A stretch of DNA of 28,703 bases from a virus (IMGVR_UViG_3300005611_000153:1-28703), one strand, 5' to 3'. Shown: positions 18,259-28,008, counted from the stretch's first letter. A program made the numbers and translations. The notes: generated by a model not told the origin, from the sequence alone.

Positions 18259-18597
18259 ATGGCAAACACATTTAAATTAGTAAACAACGCATTGATGTCT
18301 ACAGTTGCAGGTACGACAGATGCTTTGTATACAGTTCCTAGTTCGACAACCACTATAATATTAGGATTGACTCTTTGTAATGTTCATACGGCTCAAGTAT
18401 CGGCTACTGTTGAAATCGTAGATACAAGTGCAGGTATTACATCAACTGTGATTAAAGATGCTCCTATTCCAGTTGGTGGTAGTTTAGAGATTATGTCTGG
18501 TAATAAAATAGTTGTAGAAACAACAGACGTAGTAAAAGTTTCTTCTTCTATAGCTGATAAGATCAGTGCTACTATGAGTATAATGGAGATAACATAA
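18259..18597 (+). CDS. Small tail-associated beta-sandwich protein
   Basis: AGGAG RBS; between fibre genes. Confidence 0.7.
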   Translation: MANTFKLVNNALMSTVAGTTDALYTVPSSTTTIILGLTLCNVHTAQVSATVEIVDTSAGITSTVIKDAPIPVGGSLEIMSGNKIVVETTDVVKVSSSIADKISATMSIMEIT

Positions 18598-18598
18598 T

Positions 18599-21457
18599 AT
18601 GCCATATATAGGTAAAAAACCTGCTGACATTATTGCAACTGTTATTGACACAACTACAGGTACGTTTAGTGGTGAGGTTGATGCTGGTTCTCTTGATGTT
18701 AGTGGAAACGCTGACATAGATGGAATAACCAACCTAGATAACACTGATATAGACGGAACACTCAACGTACAAGGTGAGACAACATTACAAACTCACCTTA
18801 ACATGGGTGATAATGATATTATCAAGTTAGGTGACAGTGCTGACCTACAGATTTATCACGATGGTAGCAATAGTATTATTAAAGACAATGGTACTAGTAA
18901 TATACGAATACAAACAACAGGTAGTTTACAAATAGGAGATGAAGGTTACAACGAAATATTTGCTACTTTTAATGACGATAGTTCAGTAAATCTTTTTTTT
19001 GACGGCTCATTAAAATTTAACACCTCCTCAACAGGTATTGATGTAACAGGCACGGCAGTTACAGACGGACTTACAGTAGCTGGGAATGTCAGCATAGACG
19101 GCGGTACTATTAAGCTAGATGGTAACTATCCTGTAGGTACAGGGAATGTTGCTTTGGGTAATCAAGCATTAGATGATGCTTCGTTGACTGGTGCTTATAA
19201 TATTGCAATAGGTAGTAGTGCTCTTACAAGCAATACTTCTGGCAATCGTAATACTGCCGTTGGCCCAGAGTCTTTAGTTGCAAATACTACAGGTACAAGT
19301 AACGTAGCTATTGGAAATTACAATGATGGTGGTGGAGACGCTACGTTAGCTTCAAATACAACAGGAAGTTTTAATACAGCTATAGGTGCTTCTTCTTTAA
19401 CTGCCAACACCACAGCAAATAGTAACACTGCTGTAGGCTATCAAGCAGCGTATAATAATACTACAGGTACTTTGACTGCTATTGGTAGATATGCTTCTAG
19501 ACAGCAATCAACAGGCACAGCCAATACAACTGTTGGTCTTAGTGCAGGGTATTCAACTACAACAGGTTCATTTAATACAGCAGTTGGTCACGAAGCATTT
19601 GCTTCAAGTACTATAGCATTTAACAACACGGCTGTAGGATATCAAGCACTTTCTTCCAATACCACAGCATCTAGCAACACAGCATTAGGTTATCAAGCTG
19701 CACTTAACAATACTACTGGTGCAGATAATGTGGCTCTTGGAAGAATGTCATTACATACTTCTTCTACTGGTGGTAATAATGTGGCTATTGGTGGTAGAAC
19801 TTTATACACAGCAAATGGTGCAAGTAATAATGTAGCTATTGGTGTTGAATCTCAGAGATTTACAACAACTGGTGGAACAAATACTTCTGTTGGAACTTAC
19901 TCTCTTTACTCCAACACAACATCATCTAACAACACAGCAGTGGGTTTTCAAGCAGGGTATAGTAATACTGGTAGTGGTGCAATTACAGCATTTGGCTATC
20001 AAGCTGGCTACTCAAATACGAGTGGTGTTGCAAACATTGCGATTGGTCGTGAGGCTTTTAAAGCAAACACCACTGGCTATTATAACATTGCCATTGGTTC
20101 TTATTTTGATAGTGGTGGTTCTGCGGCTCTTATTTCTAATACATCGGGTGCTCGTAATATTGGCATTGGTTCTTCGGCATTACGAGATAATACAACAGCG
20201 AGTGATAATATTGCGTTAGGTTATGGTGCTTTAAGAGATAACTCCACAGGTGGTCAAAACACAGCATTAGGCAGTCAAGCACTCTTAGTGAACACCACCG
20301 CATCCTACAACACTGCTGTGGGTTTTTTAGCTGGTGAAGATAACACTACTGGCACACTTACTGCTGTTGGAGCTTATGCTCTAGGGAATAATACTACAGG
20401 TATATCTAATGTGGCTGTTGGTGGATATGATGGCACTACACCTTCTGCACTAAGAGAAAATACAACAGGTGGTCGAAATACGGCTGTGGGGGTTGGGGCA
20501 TTACAAGCAAACACCACAGCAAATCAAAATACAGCAGTGGGTTTTCAAGCAGGGTATTCTAATACTACCTCTGGAGATAATACATACATAGGTTGGCAAG
20601 CAGGAAGACAAAGAACTGGTAGTGGCAATACTTGTGTTGGACAATATTCTGGTCGTGATGGCACTACAGGTGCAGATAATACATTAATCGGTAGAAATGC
20701 AGGGTATGGAATAACAACAGGAAGTTATAACACTGTTGTAGGTATATATAATGGCAATCAAGATGGCTTAGACATAAGGACATCAAGCAATAACGTTGTG
20801 TTAGCAGATGGTGCCGGTAATGTGAAATGGTATATTGACAGTGAAGGGTCTGCTTACATAAATACTACATCTAATTCAGGTTATTCTCAAACTTCTGGTA
20901 ACGGAAACTTTGCTTACAGAAATGACACGGGCAGTGCTGGTGGCTCTTTTGTTCTTGCAAACAACGCCGACAGAGGTTGGTCTATGATGTATGCGAACAA
21001 GTTTGCATATTCCTCTGGAGATGACCGAAGACTCATTAACTGGTATGTCAATGGCGTTTCCTTATGTAATATCCAGCTTAATACTGCGGGAACTGCGGTT
21101 GAGTATCAAACAACTTCTGACCGCCGCTTAAAAGAAAACATTCAAGACCTTACTGGTGGCATTGAAGCGGTTAAGCAGTTGCGACCAAGGTCATTTGAAT
21201 GGGTGACAAGCGAAGATAACACCTTTCCATCGCAAGGGTTTATTGCAGACGAGGCTGATGGAATTGTGCCTGAAGCAGTGACAGGAACAACAAACGCAGT
21301 AGATGATGACGGGAATCCTGTCTATCAAACTATGGAATACTCCAAACTTGTCCCTGTGTTAACCGCTGCGTTAAAAGAAGCAATAACTAAAATTGAGACA
21401 TTAGAAACCGCTAATACAGCATTAGAAGCACGACTAAGTGCATTAGAAAATGGCTAA
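18599..21457 (+). CDS. Tail fibre 1: NTTG/NTAVG solenoid repeats and C-terminal peptidase S74 chaperone domain
   Basis: Many NTAVG.. repeats; TSDRRLKENI...GFIADE...PEAV, terminal coiled coil. Confidence 0.88.
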   Translation: MPYIGKKPADIIATVIDTTTGTFSGEVDAGSLDVSGNADIDGITNLDNTDIDGTLNVQGETTLQTHLNMGDNDIIKLGDSADLQIYHDGSNSIIKDNGTSNIRIQTTGSLQIGDEGYNEIFATFNDDSSVNLFFDGSLKFNTSSTGIDVTGTAVTDGLTVAGNVSIDGGTIKLDGNYPVGTGNVALGNQALDDASLTGAYNIAIGSSALTSNTSGNRNTAVGPESLVANTTGTSNVAIGNYNDGGGDATLASNTTGSFNTAIGASSLTANTTANSNTAVGYQAAYNNTTGTLTAIGRYASRQQSTGTANTTVGLSAGYSTTTGSFNTAVGHEAFASSTIAFNNTAVGYQALSSNTTASSNTALGYQAALNNTTGADNVALGRMSLHTSSTGGNNVAIGGRTLYTANGASNNVAIGVESQRFTTTGGTNTSVGTYSLYSNTTSSNNTAVGFQAGYSNTGSGAITAFGYQAGYSNTSGVANIAIGREAFKANTTGYYNIAIGSYFDSGGSAALISNTSGARNIGIGSSALRDNTTASDNIALGYGALRDNSTGGQNTALGSQALLVNTTASYNTAVGFLAGEDNTTGTLTAVGAYALGNNTTGISNVAVGGYDGTTPSALRENTTGGRNTAVGVGALQANTTANQNTAVGFQAGYSNTTSGDNTYIGWQAGRQRTGSGNTCVGQYSGRDGTTGADNTLIGRNAGYGITTGSYNTVVGIYNGNQDGLDIRTSSNNVVLADGAGNVKWYIDSEGSAYINTTSNSGYSQTSGNGNFAYRNDTGSAGGSFVLANNADRGWSMMYANKFAYSSGDDRRLINWYVNGVSLCNIQLNTAGTAVEYQTTSDRRLKENIQDLTGGIEAVKQLRPRSFEWVTSEDNTFPSQGFIADEADGIVPEAVTGTTNAVDDDGNPVYQTMEYSKLVPVLTAALKEAITKIETLETANTALEARLSALENG

Positions 21458-21478
21458 TAACTAAAAAGGAGAATAAAA

Positions 21479-21727
21479 ATGCCAGACATAGAAAAAACAG
21501 CAGAAGAAATAGCACAAGACTACACAGCTATGGGTCACTCAGTAGACCTTATCAATGCTATCATTGCAGGTACAGCAATGGCAGATGATACAGCTGAAGA
21601 GAAACAAGACTGTGTTGATAGGAACGTAGCACACTTAGAGATTATGGTTGCTAAGGACTATTGGACAGATGAAGATATGACAGCAGTTAATGCTGCAATC
21701 ACAGCAGGTCAAGGGTATACTGCTTAG
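21479..21727 (+). CDS. Small acidic fibre partner protein (possible assembly chaperone)
   Basis: AAGGAG RBS; directly after fibre 1. Confidence 0.7.
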   Translation: MPDIEKTAEEIAQDYTAMGHSVDLINAIIAGTAMADDTAEEKQDCVDRNVAHLEIMVAKDYWTDEDMTAVNAAITAGQGYTA

Positions 21728-21736
21728 GAGCAATAC

Positions 21737-23656
21737 ATGACAAGAGCAAAAGATGTATCTAAGATAACCACTGATGCAAACTTCAGTGGTACTCTTGATG
21801 TAACGGGTGCAACAACATTATCAAATAACCTGTCAGTAGATGGTGGTACTATTAAGCTGGATGGTAACTATCCAACTGGTTCAAACAACGTGGCTTTGGG
21901 TAATGCTTCTTTAGATAGCTTAACAACTGGTAATAACAATACTGCAATAGGTAATTCAGCATTAACAGCAAATACAGAGGGCTTGAGCAATACTGCAATA
22001 GGTGAAGGTAGTTTAGATTCAAATACTACAGCATCTAACAATACAGCAGTTGGAAGACTAACATTAGAAGCAAATACCACTGGTGCTACAAATACTGCTG
22101 TTGGAGGTTTTGCTTTAAGAGAAAACACTACAGCATCAAACAACACAGCAGTGGGTTATAGTTCTTTATATTCAAATACTACTGGTTCCCAATTAACTGC
22201 ATTAGGCAGATTAGCATTATATGCTAATACTACAGGTGTTTACAATATAGCCATTGGTAGTGATGCCATGTTTACAAATACTACAGGTGGTTACAATGCG
22301 TCTATTGGTACATACTCAATGTATAGCAATAGCACTGGTAATAGTAATAATGCTTTAGGTTATTTTTCATTATATTCAAACACCACAGCATCTGGTAACG
22401 TGGCAGTTGGTCACGAAGCTATGAGATTAAATACTAGTGGAGCGTCAAACATTGGTCTTGGTTATCAAGCACTTCGTTCTAACACCACAGCGTCTAACAA
22501 CACAGCAGTGGGATATCAATCGCTTTATTCAACCACCACAGCAGGTCAAAACACAACGATTGGTTATAGGGCAGGATTTAGTAATACGACTGGTGCATAT
22601 AATGTATTTTTAGGGTATGAAGCAGGTAACGATGGTACTCAATCGGCTAGAAACACCTTTGTTGGATATAGAGCAGGGGAAAATATTACAACAGGTATTT
22701 GTAATGTGTTCGTTGGTGGTACAGATACGTCACAAAATGGTAGTGGTAGCTTAATTACTACTGGTTCTAAACATAGTATTCTTGGTAGCTTTGACGGTAA
22801 TCAAGGTGGTTTGGATATAAGAACAGCAAGCAATCACATTGTATTATCAGATGGTGATGGTAATCCGAGAGGTATATTTGATAATAGTGGCAACTTCTTG
22901 GTGGGCAAGGCTTCTACTGATATTACTGTTGAGGGTGTGGTAATTAAACCAACTGATACTGGTGGTGGTATGTTATTTGCTACATCGTCAGGAGAAAGGG
23001 TTGCAATTCTAAATAGAAATACTAGTGATGGTAGTATTTTAGAGTTTCGCAAAGACAACACTGTTGTGGGAAGTATTGGTTCAGCATCTGGTGATTTACA
23101 TATAGGCACTGGAGACGCAGGACTTCGTTTCTATGATGCTGGTCCTGCAATTTATCCAAGAGATACTTCAGGAAATGACGAAGATGGAACTGTGGATTTA
23201 GGACTTTCAAGTGCAAGGTTCAAAGACCTCTACCTATCAGGTGGTGTATACTTAGGTGGCACTGGTTCGGCTAATAAGTTGGATGACTATGAAGAGGGAA
23301 CTTGGACACCGACATATACATCAACTGGTGCTAGTTTTTCATACAACAATCAATTTGGTTATTATACTAAAATTGGTTCTTTTGTTCATGCACAATTTTA
23401 TTTACTCGCATCAATATCTGGAACAACTAGTAATTTAGTTAATGTAACAAATCTTCCTTTTGTTTCAGCTAATTTAAGTTCTGTAGCTGAAAGTGCTGGT
23501 TCTGTTTGGTTTAGTGGAACAGATAATATTACACCCTTAATAAACAATAATTCTAGCATAATAATTTTTTATAAAAATGGTTCAACATCAGTTTTACTTG
23601 GTGCAGACATGAACAATAAATATTTAGTTGGCTCTGTTTTTTATAGAGCATCATAA
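21737..23656 (+). CDS. Tail fibre 2: NTT solenoid repeats and LDDYEEGTWTP C-terminal domain
   Basis: Body homologous to fibre 1; N-terminus homologous to fibre 4; no S74 motif. Confidence 0.85.
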   Translation: MTRAKDVSKITTDANFSGTLDVTGATTLSNNLSVDGGTIKLDGNYPTGSNNVALGNASLDSLTTGNNNTAIGNSALTANTEGLSNTAIGEGSLDSNTTASNNTAVGRLTLEANTTGATNTAVGGFALRENTTASNNTAVGYSSLYSNTTGSQLTALGRLALYANTTGVYNIAIGSDAMFTNTTGGYNASIGTYSMYSNSTGNSNNALGYFSLYSNTTASGNVAVGHEAMRLNTSGASNIGLGYQALRSNTTASNNTAVGYQSLYSTTTAGQNTTIGYRAGFSNTTGAYNVFLGYEAGNDGTQSARNTFVGYRAGENITTGICNVFVGGTDTSQNGSGSLITTGSKHSILGSFDGNQGGLDIRTASNHIVLSDGDGNPRGIFDNSGNFLVGKASTDITVEGVVIKPTDTGGGMLFATSSGERVAILNRNTSDGSILEFRKDNTVVGSIGSASGDLHIGTGDAGLRFYDAGPAIYPRDTSGNDEDGTVDLGLSSARFKDLYLSGGVYLGGTGSANKLDDYEEGTWTPTYTSTGASFSYNNQFGYYTKIGSFVHAQFYLLASISGTTSNLVNVTNLPFVSANLSSVAESAGSVWFSGTDNITPLINNNSSIIIFYKNGSTSVLLGADMNNKYLVGSVFYRAS

Positions 23657-23684
23657 CCCTATTGGACATAGGGTAGTCAGTCCA
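23656..23684 (+). promoter_or_regulatory. Predicted H-type RNA pseudoknot in the intergenic leader
   Basis: Stem ACCCTAT/ATAGGGT; loop TGGAC complementary to GTCCA at 23680-23684. Confidence 0.55.
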
Positions 23685-23704
23685 TTAACCAAAAGGAGAT
23701 AAAA

Positions 23705-23965
23705 ATGGCATTAACAGAAGAGACAATACAAGACAAAATAGAAATCGTAGGTGAGTTCAAGCACGTTCAAGTAAGAACTGCGACAGTCATCAAGAGAGAT
23801 GGCACAGAGATAAGTCGTAGCTTCTCAAGGCACGTTGTAGCACCTGATATAAGTGCAGATGACTTAGCCAATGAGAGTGCAGAAGTACAAGCAATATGCA
23901 ATGCAGTCCATACAGAAGCAATCAAGACAGCATATGCAACACACCTGGAGAATCAAGAGGTATAA
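23705..23965 (+). CDS. Small fibre partner protein (possible assembly chaperone)
   Basis: AAGGAG RBS; DKIEIVG...VQVRTAT...EISRSFSRHV; after fibre 2. Confidence 0.75.
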   Translation: MALTEETIQDKIEIVGEFKHVQVRTATVIKRDGTEISRSFSRHVVAPDISADDLANESAEVQAICNAVHTEAIKTAYATHLENQEV

Positions 23966-23968
23966 TTA

Positions 23969-26083
23969 ATGGCATACATAGGAGTATCTCCTTCCAACGG
24001 AGTTAGACAAAAACATACCTATACTGCTACTGCTTCACAGACAACATTCAGTGGAGCGGGGGCCGAGGGCGTTTCTTTAAGCTACAGAGATAGCAACTAC
24101 GTTGATGTATATAGAAATGGTGTAAAGCTAGGTGACGCAGATTATACTGCCACTAGTGGTACATCTATTGTACTAGGAGAAGGTGCTGCTGTTAGTGATA
24201 TCATTGAGATTATTGTTTACGATGTATTTTCTGTAGCTGATACAGTAAGCAAGGCAGATGGTGGCGCGTTTGATGGTAACGTCACAATGGCTGGTACACT
24301 TGCAGTTACAGGTGAGACTACTCTAAGTACACACCTTAACATGGGTGACAATGATATCATTAAGTTAGGTGACAGTGCTGATTTACAGATTTATCATGAT
24401 GGGTCTGCAAGTTATGTAAGAGATTCTGGAACAGGTGGTTTAAGACTTCAAGCGGCATCAGATATACGCTTCGTAGGCAACAATACTGGCGAAAACATGC
24501 TTATTGCCACAGAGAATAGCTCAGTTGACCTATATTACGACAACAGCAAGAAACTAGCCACCACCGCAACAGGCATTGACGTAACAGGTACAGTGACAGC
24601 AGGTGGGTTGACTGTTAATGGAACTAGTAATGTAGTAGCTGACTTTAATACTACAAATTCTAATGCCGATATAACATTAGATAATACATCATATGGTGTT
24701 AGACTTAGGACAAATAATGCAGGTGGATTTTCTGTTATGCCTGCCGATACTACATATTTAAATGTTGGAAGCAACGGAGACATCAGCTTCTACGAAGACA
24801 CAGGCACAACACCAAAGCTATTTTGGGATGCTAGTGCTGAGAGTTTGGGCATTGGTACTAGTAGTCCTGCAACAAAGATTAGTGTTCAGAATGATTCTGA
24901 TACTGACTATAACCCATCTACTGCGGCATTTAATGCAATAGCTACCCTTACAAACAGCACTTCTGGGGCATTAAATAACGCACTATTGGCATTTACCACA
25001 GAATCTAATGGCGAATGGTACATAGGTGGCGTTCAAAACTCTGGAAATACTGCCTCTGATTTTGTATTTGCGTCTAGGGCTAGTGGTGCAAGAGCAGAAC
25101 GTGTGCGTATAGACAGCAGTGGCAATGTTGGTATTGGTACTGATAGTCCTGATGGATTATTGACGTTACCCGTAGCAAACTCAACCACACCAAGACTACG
25201 TTTTCAACATCCAACAAATAATGCTGATGCTACTATTGACACTTACTACGATGGCAGTGGAACTTATTTAACTATTGGTACAAACGTATATCAAGGAAGC
25301 AGTGCTACACTTACAAAATTTGATTCAGCAAAAGGTGCTGGATTAACATATTATGACTCTAGTGGTCAAATTCTTTTTTTTAATGGCGGTGGTGGTGCTT
25401 CAATTTCAGAACGTATGCGTATAGACCTCAGTGGTAGATTTCTATTAGGCACAGGTGCTGCTATTGCCAATGCAGGTAATGCTATTTTTCAATCAAGTCA
25501 ACAAAATAACAACTGGACTTCATACATAGAAAACTATATAAGTTCTGGCAATGTATATGGTCAACTGATTAGATTTCCGGGACAGTCACCAGACAATAAC
25601 ACTTCAGCATTTTTAGCGTGTCAAGATGGTTCTGGAACTGTTAGACTTTATGTGTACAGTGATGGTGATGTTGCAAACCACGATAATTCGTATGGTGCTA
25701 TTTCTGATGAAAAACTTAAAGAGCAAATCACAGATGCTTCATCACAATGGGAAGATGTAAAGGCACTTAGAGTTCGTAAATTTAAATTGAAAGAAGATGT
25801 ATCTACTAAAGGTGATAGTGATAATTTATGGAGGTTGGGTGTTGTAGCTCAAGAAGTTGAAACAGCAGGAATGAATGGTCTTGTAAAAGATAATCCTGAT
25901 TTAATTGAAAATGAAAATGGACAACTTGTAGCGGGAAATACAACAACTAAATCAGTCAAATATTCAATACTCTACATGAAAGCAGTTAAAGCGTTACAAG
26001 AAGCTATGACAAGAATAGAAACACTTGAAACAGCTAATACAGCATTAGAAGCTAGAATAGTAGCATTGGAGAATGCAGAATGA
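23969..26083 (+). CDS. Tail fibre 3: ERMRID-type repeats and C-terminal peptidase S74 domain
   Basis: YTATASQTTF...VDVYRNGVKL N-terminal domain; ERVRIDSSGNVGIGT; ISDEKLKEQI...GVVAQEVE. Confidence 0.88.
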   Translation: MAYIGVSPSNGVRQKHTYTATASQTTFSGAGAEGVSLSYRDSNYVDVYRNGVKLGDADYTATSGTSIVLGEGAAVSDIIEIIVYDVFSVADTVSKADGGAFDGNVTMAGTLAVTGETTLSTHLNMGDNDIIKLGDSADLQIYHDGSASYVRDSGTGGLRLQAASDIRFVGNNTGENMLIATENSSVDLYYDNSKKLATTATGIDVTGTVTAGGLTVNGTSNVVADFNTTNSNADITLDNTSYGVRLRTNNAGGFSVMPADTTYLNVGSNGDISFYEDTGTTPKLFWDASAESLGIGTSSPATKISVQNDSDTDYNPSTAAFNAIATLTNSTSGALNNALLAFTTESNGEWYIGGVQNSGNTASDFVFASRASGARAERVRIDSSGNVGIGTDSPDGLLTLPVANSTTPRLRFQHPTNNADATIDTYYDGSGTYLTIGTNVYQGSSATLTKFDSAKGAGLTYYDSSGQILFFNGGGGASISERMRIDLSGRFLLGTGAAIANAGNAIFQSSQQNNNWTSYIENYISSGNVYGQLIRFPGQSPDNNTSAFLACQDGSGTVRLYVYSDGDVANHDNSYGAISDEKLKEQITDASSQWEDVKALRVRKFKLKEDVSTKGDSDNLWRLGVVAQEVETAGMNGLVKDNPDLIENENGQLVAGNTTTKSVKYSILYMKAVKALQEAMTRIETLETANTALEARIVALENAE

Positions 26084-27255
26084 CAAGAGCAAAAGACATA
26101 TCCAAGATAGTCACTGATGCAGACCTCAGTGGTACTCTTGATGTAACAGGTACAGTGACGGCAGGTGCAGTGGCTGTTGAAGGTGCGTCAGGAGCACAAA
26201 TAACTATAACTGACAATTCACCAAGCACTGTTTCTTTGTTTATGGGAGCAGGAAATTCAAGTGTTAGTATAGGCTCAACAACATCAGACCCTGTTACATT
26301 TCTTACTGCTAACACAGAACGTATGCGTATCGACAGCAGTGGCAATGTTGCTATTGGTACTACTGCACCCCAATCAAAATTAGACATAGCTTCAGGCAAT
26401 ATTACAATTTCAAGTAATGCAAACACCCCACATGTTAACTTTGTAGATAACACAACAAGGACACAATCACTGGCACGAATTACTATGGACCAAGTAAGTG
26501 GAACTGCTGGTACTTTGGTATTTAGCACAACCACTGGTGGTACTTTATCAACCCGTATGATAATAGACAGCAATGGTTCAATTACAAGTACAGCAGCCTC
26601 TGGGAATATGGCTAGTTTTAGTAGTACAACCAATGCAGTAGAATTTAAAATATTAAGTCCAACAGCAAATGTTGTTCGTTTAGATACAGGAACAAGTGAT
26701 GTATTAGCTTTTGCTCCTGCAGGAACAGAACGTATGCGTATAACCTCAGATGGTGACTTGCTTTTACAAAAAACTAGTGCAACAACTTCTGGTGCTGGTA
26801 CATTTTTTGAAGTTCCGACAACCCCAACAACAATGCCTGTTTATTTGCATTTCTGTAAAACATTTAGTGGAATAAGAGATGCAATAGATTTTAATCATAA
26901 TGGTACAAAAGTTGGTGGAATAACATTTGACAATACTAGTACAACATATGGAACTTCATCCGACTACAGACTAAAAGAAAATGTAACAGCAGATTGGGAT
27001 GCAACAACTAGATTAAAGCAACTTAATCCAGTTCGTTTTAACTTCATAGCAGATGCAGATACAACAGTAGATGGTTTCTTAGCACATGAGGTGCAGTCAG
27101 TTGTACCTGAAGCAATTAGTGGCACACACAATGAAGTAGATGCTGATGGCAACCCTGTCTATCAAGGTATAGACCAAAGTAAACTTGTACCTTTACTCGT
27201 AAAGACAATACAAGAATTAGAAGCACGAATAACAGCCTTAGAAAATGGAGAATAA
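26080..27255 (+). CDS. Tail fibre 4: ERMRID-type repeats and C-terminal peptidase S74 domain
   Basis: ATGA overlap; SSDYRLKENV...GFLAHEVQ...PEA...SKLVPLL. Confidence 0.88.
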   Translation: MTRAKDISKIVTDADLSGTLDVTGTVTAGAVAVEGASGAQITITDNSPSTVSLFMGAGNSSVSIGSTTSDPVTFLTANTERMRIDSSGNVAIGTTAPQSKLDIASGNITISSNANTPHVNFVDNTTRTQSLARITMDQVSGTAGTLVFSTTTGGTLSTRMIIDSNGSITSTAASGNMASFSSTTNAVEFKILSPTANVVRLDTGTSDVLAFAPAGTERMRITSDGDLLLQKTSATTSGAGTFFEVPTTPTTMPVYLHFCKTFSGIRDAIDFNHNGTKVGGITFDNTSTTYGTSSDYRLKENVTADWDATTRLKQLNPVRFNFIADADTTVDGFLAHEVQSVVPEAISGTHNEVDADGNPVYQGIDQSKLVPLLVKTIQELEARITALENGE

Positions 27256-27256
27256 A

Positions 27257-27568
27257 ATGGCAGTAACTTGGACAATCGCAAATATGGAAAGAGACTTAGT
27301 GCAGGGAGATAACACAGATATTGTGACTATCTTGCACTGGAGAGCATCTGATGAAGACTCAGATGGTAACACAGGGTCAGCTTATGGCACAGTCGGTGTA
27401 ACACTTGTAGGTACACCAACACCATACGCAGATATCACAGAGACACAAGCTATTGGATGGGCTAAAGATGCACTTGGTGCAGATCAAGTTACATCAATAG
27501 AAGATGGTATAGCTGCTCAGATAGCTGCAAAAGCTAACCCAACAACAGCAAGTGGAGTAACTTGGTAA
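27257..27568 (+). CDS. Small fibre partner protein
   Basis: GGAG RBS; VTWTIANMER...PYADITE...GWAK; ends in W. Confidence 0.75.
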   Translation: MAVTWTIANMERDLVQGDNTDIVTILHWRASDEDSDGNTGSAYGTVGVTLVGTPTPYADITETQAIGWAKDALGADQVTSIEDGIAAQIAAKANPTTASGVTW

Positions 27569-27822
27569 TGACTGAACAAAAAACAAACGTAATCACTATT
27601 GATGGTAAAGAGTATAATCAAGAGGATTTATCTCAAGACCAAAACTATTTTATCAATCAGATAAAAGACTTACAGGCTAAAGCTGCAAACTTAAAGTTTC
27701 AACTTGACCAAGTAACTGTAGCACAAAATGCTTTTACTAATTCGTTAATACAATCTGTAAAGGGAAGCGAAGAAGAAGATGAAACAAACAAAGCTAGTGC
27801 AGCAGATGAAGATGCAGCCTGA
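27568..27822 (+). CDS. Small coiled-coil protein
   Basis: TAATG coupling; ITIDGKEY followed by heptads. Confidence 0.75.
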   Translation: MTEQKTNVITIDGKEYNQEDLSQDQNYFINQIKDLQAKAANLKFQLDQVTVAQNAFTNSLIQSVKGSEEEDETNKASAADEDAA

Positions 27823-27994
27823 GTTGAAGGTACAAATGGAATTGGATGCACACGAGAAAGAGTGTGCCATCCGATACCAAACCGTCAACGATAAGCTCTG
27901 TACTCTAGACAAAAGAATGTGGCGAATAGAAGCTATGTCTATGGTGGGTACACTTGGGGTGGTGGCTTTGGTTGTAGCAATAGTGATGAAGTAA
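27806..27994 (+). CDS. Coiled-coil protein with C-terminal TM helix; homologue of 13375-13587
   Basis: HEKECAIRY...LDKRMW followed by a hydrophobic helix; start could be 27806 or 27812. Confidence 0.7.
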   Translation: MKMQPELKVQMELDAHEKECAIRYQTVNDKLCTLDKRMWRIEAMSMVGTLGVVALVVAIVMK

Positions 27995-28008
27995 TAGGAA
28001 TATAGAGT

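Noticed and set aside
23656-23674. Rho-independent terminator
   Set aside because: No U-tract follows the hairpin
23654-23707. Stop-codon readthrough fusing fibre 2 to the in-frame downstream gene via the pseudoknot
   Set aside because: A second in-frame stop (TAG, 23669-23671) intervenes and the downstream gene has its own strong RBS
18599-27255. Diversity-generating retroelement acting on the fibres
   Set aside because: No reverse transcriptase in the window; mismatches in the best repeat pair (18794 vs 24332) are synonymous C/T changes, not adenine-specific
18599-27255. Invertase-driven shufflon
   Set aside because: All cassettes and repeats are in direct orientation, each fibre is a complete gene, and no recombinase is seen
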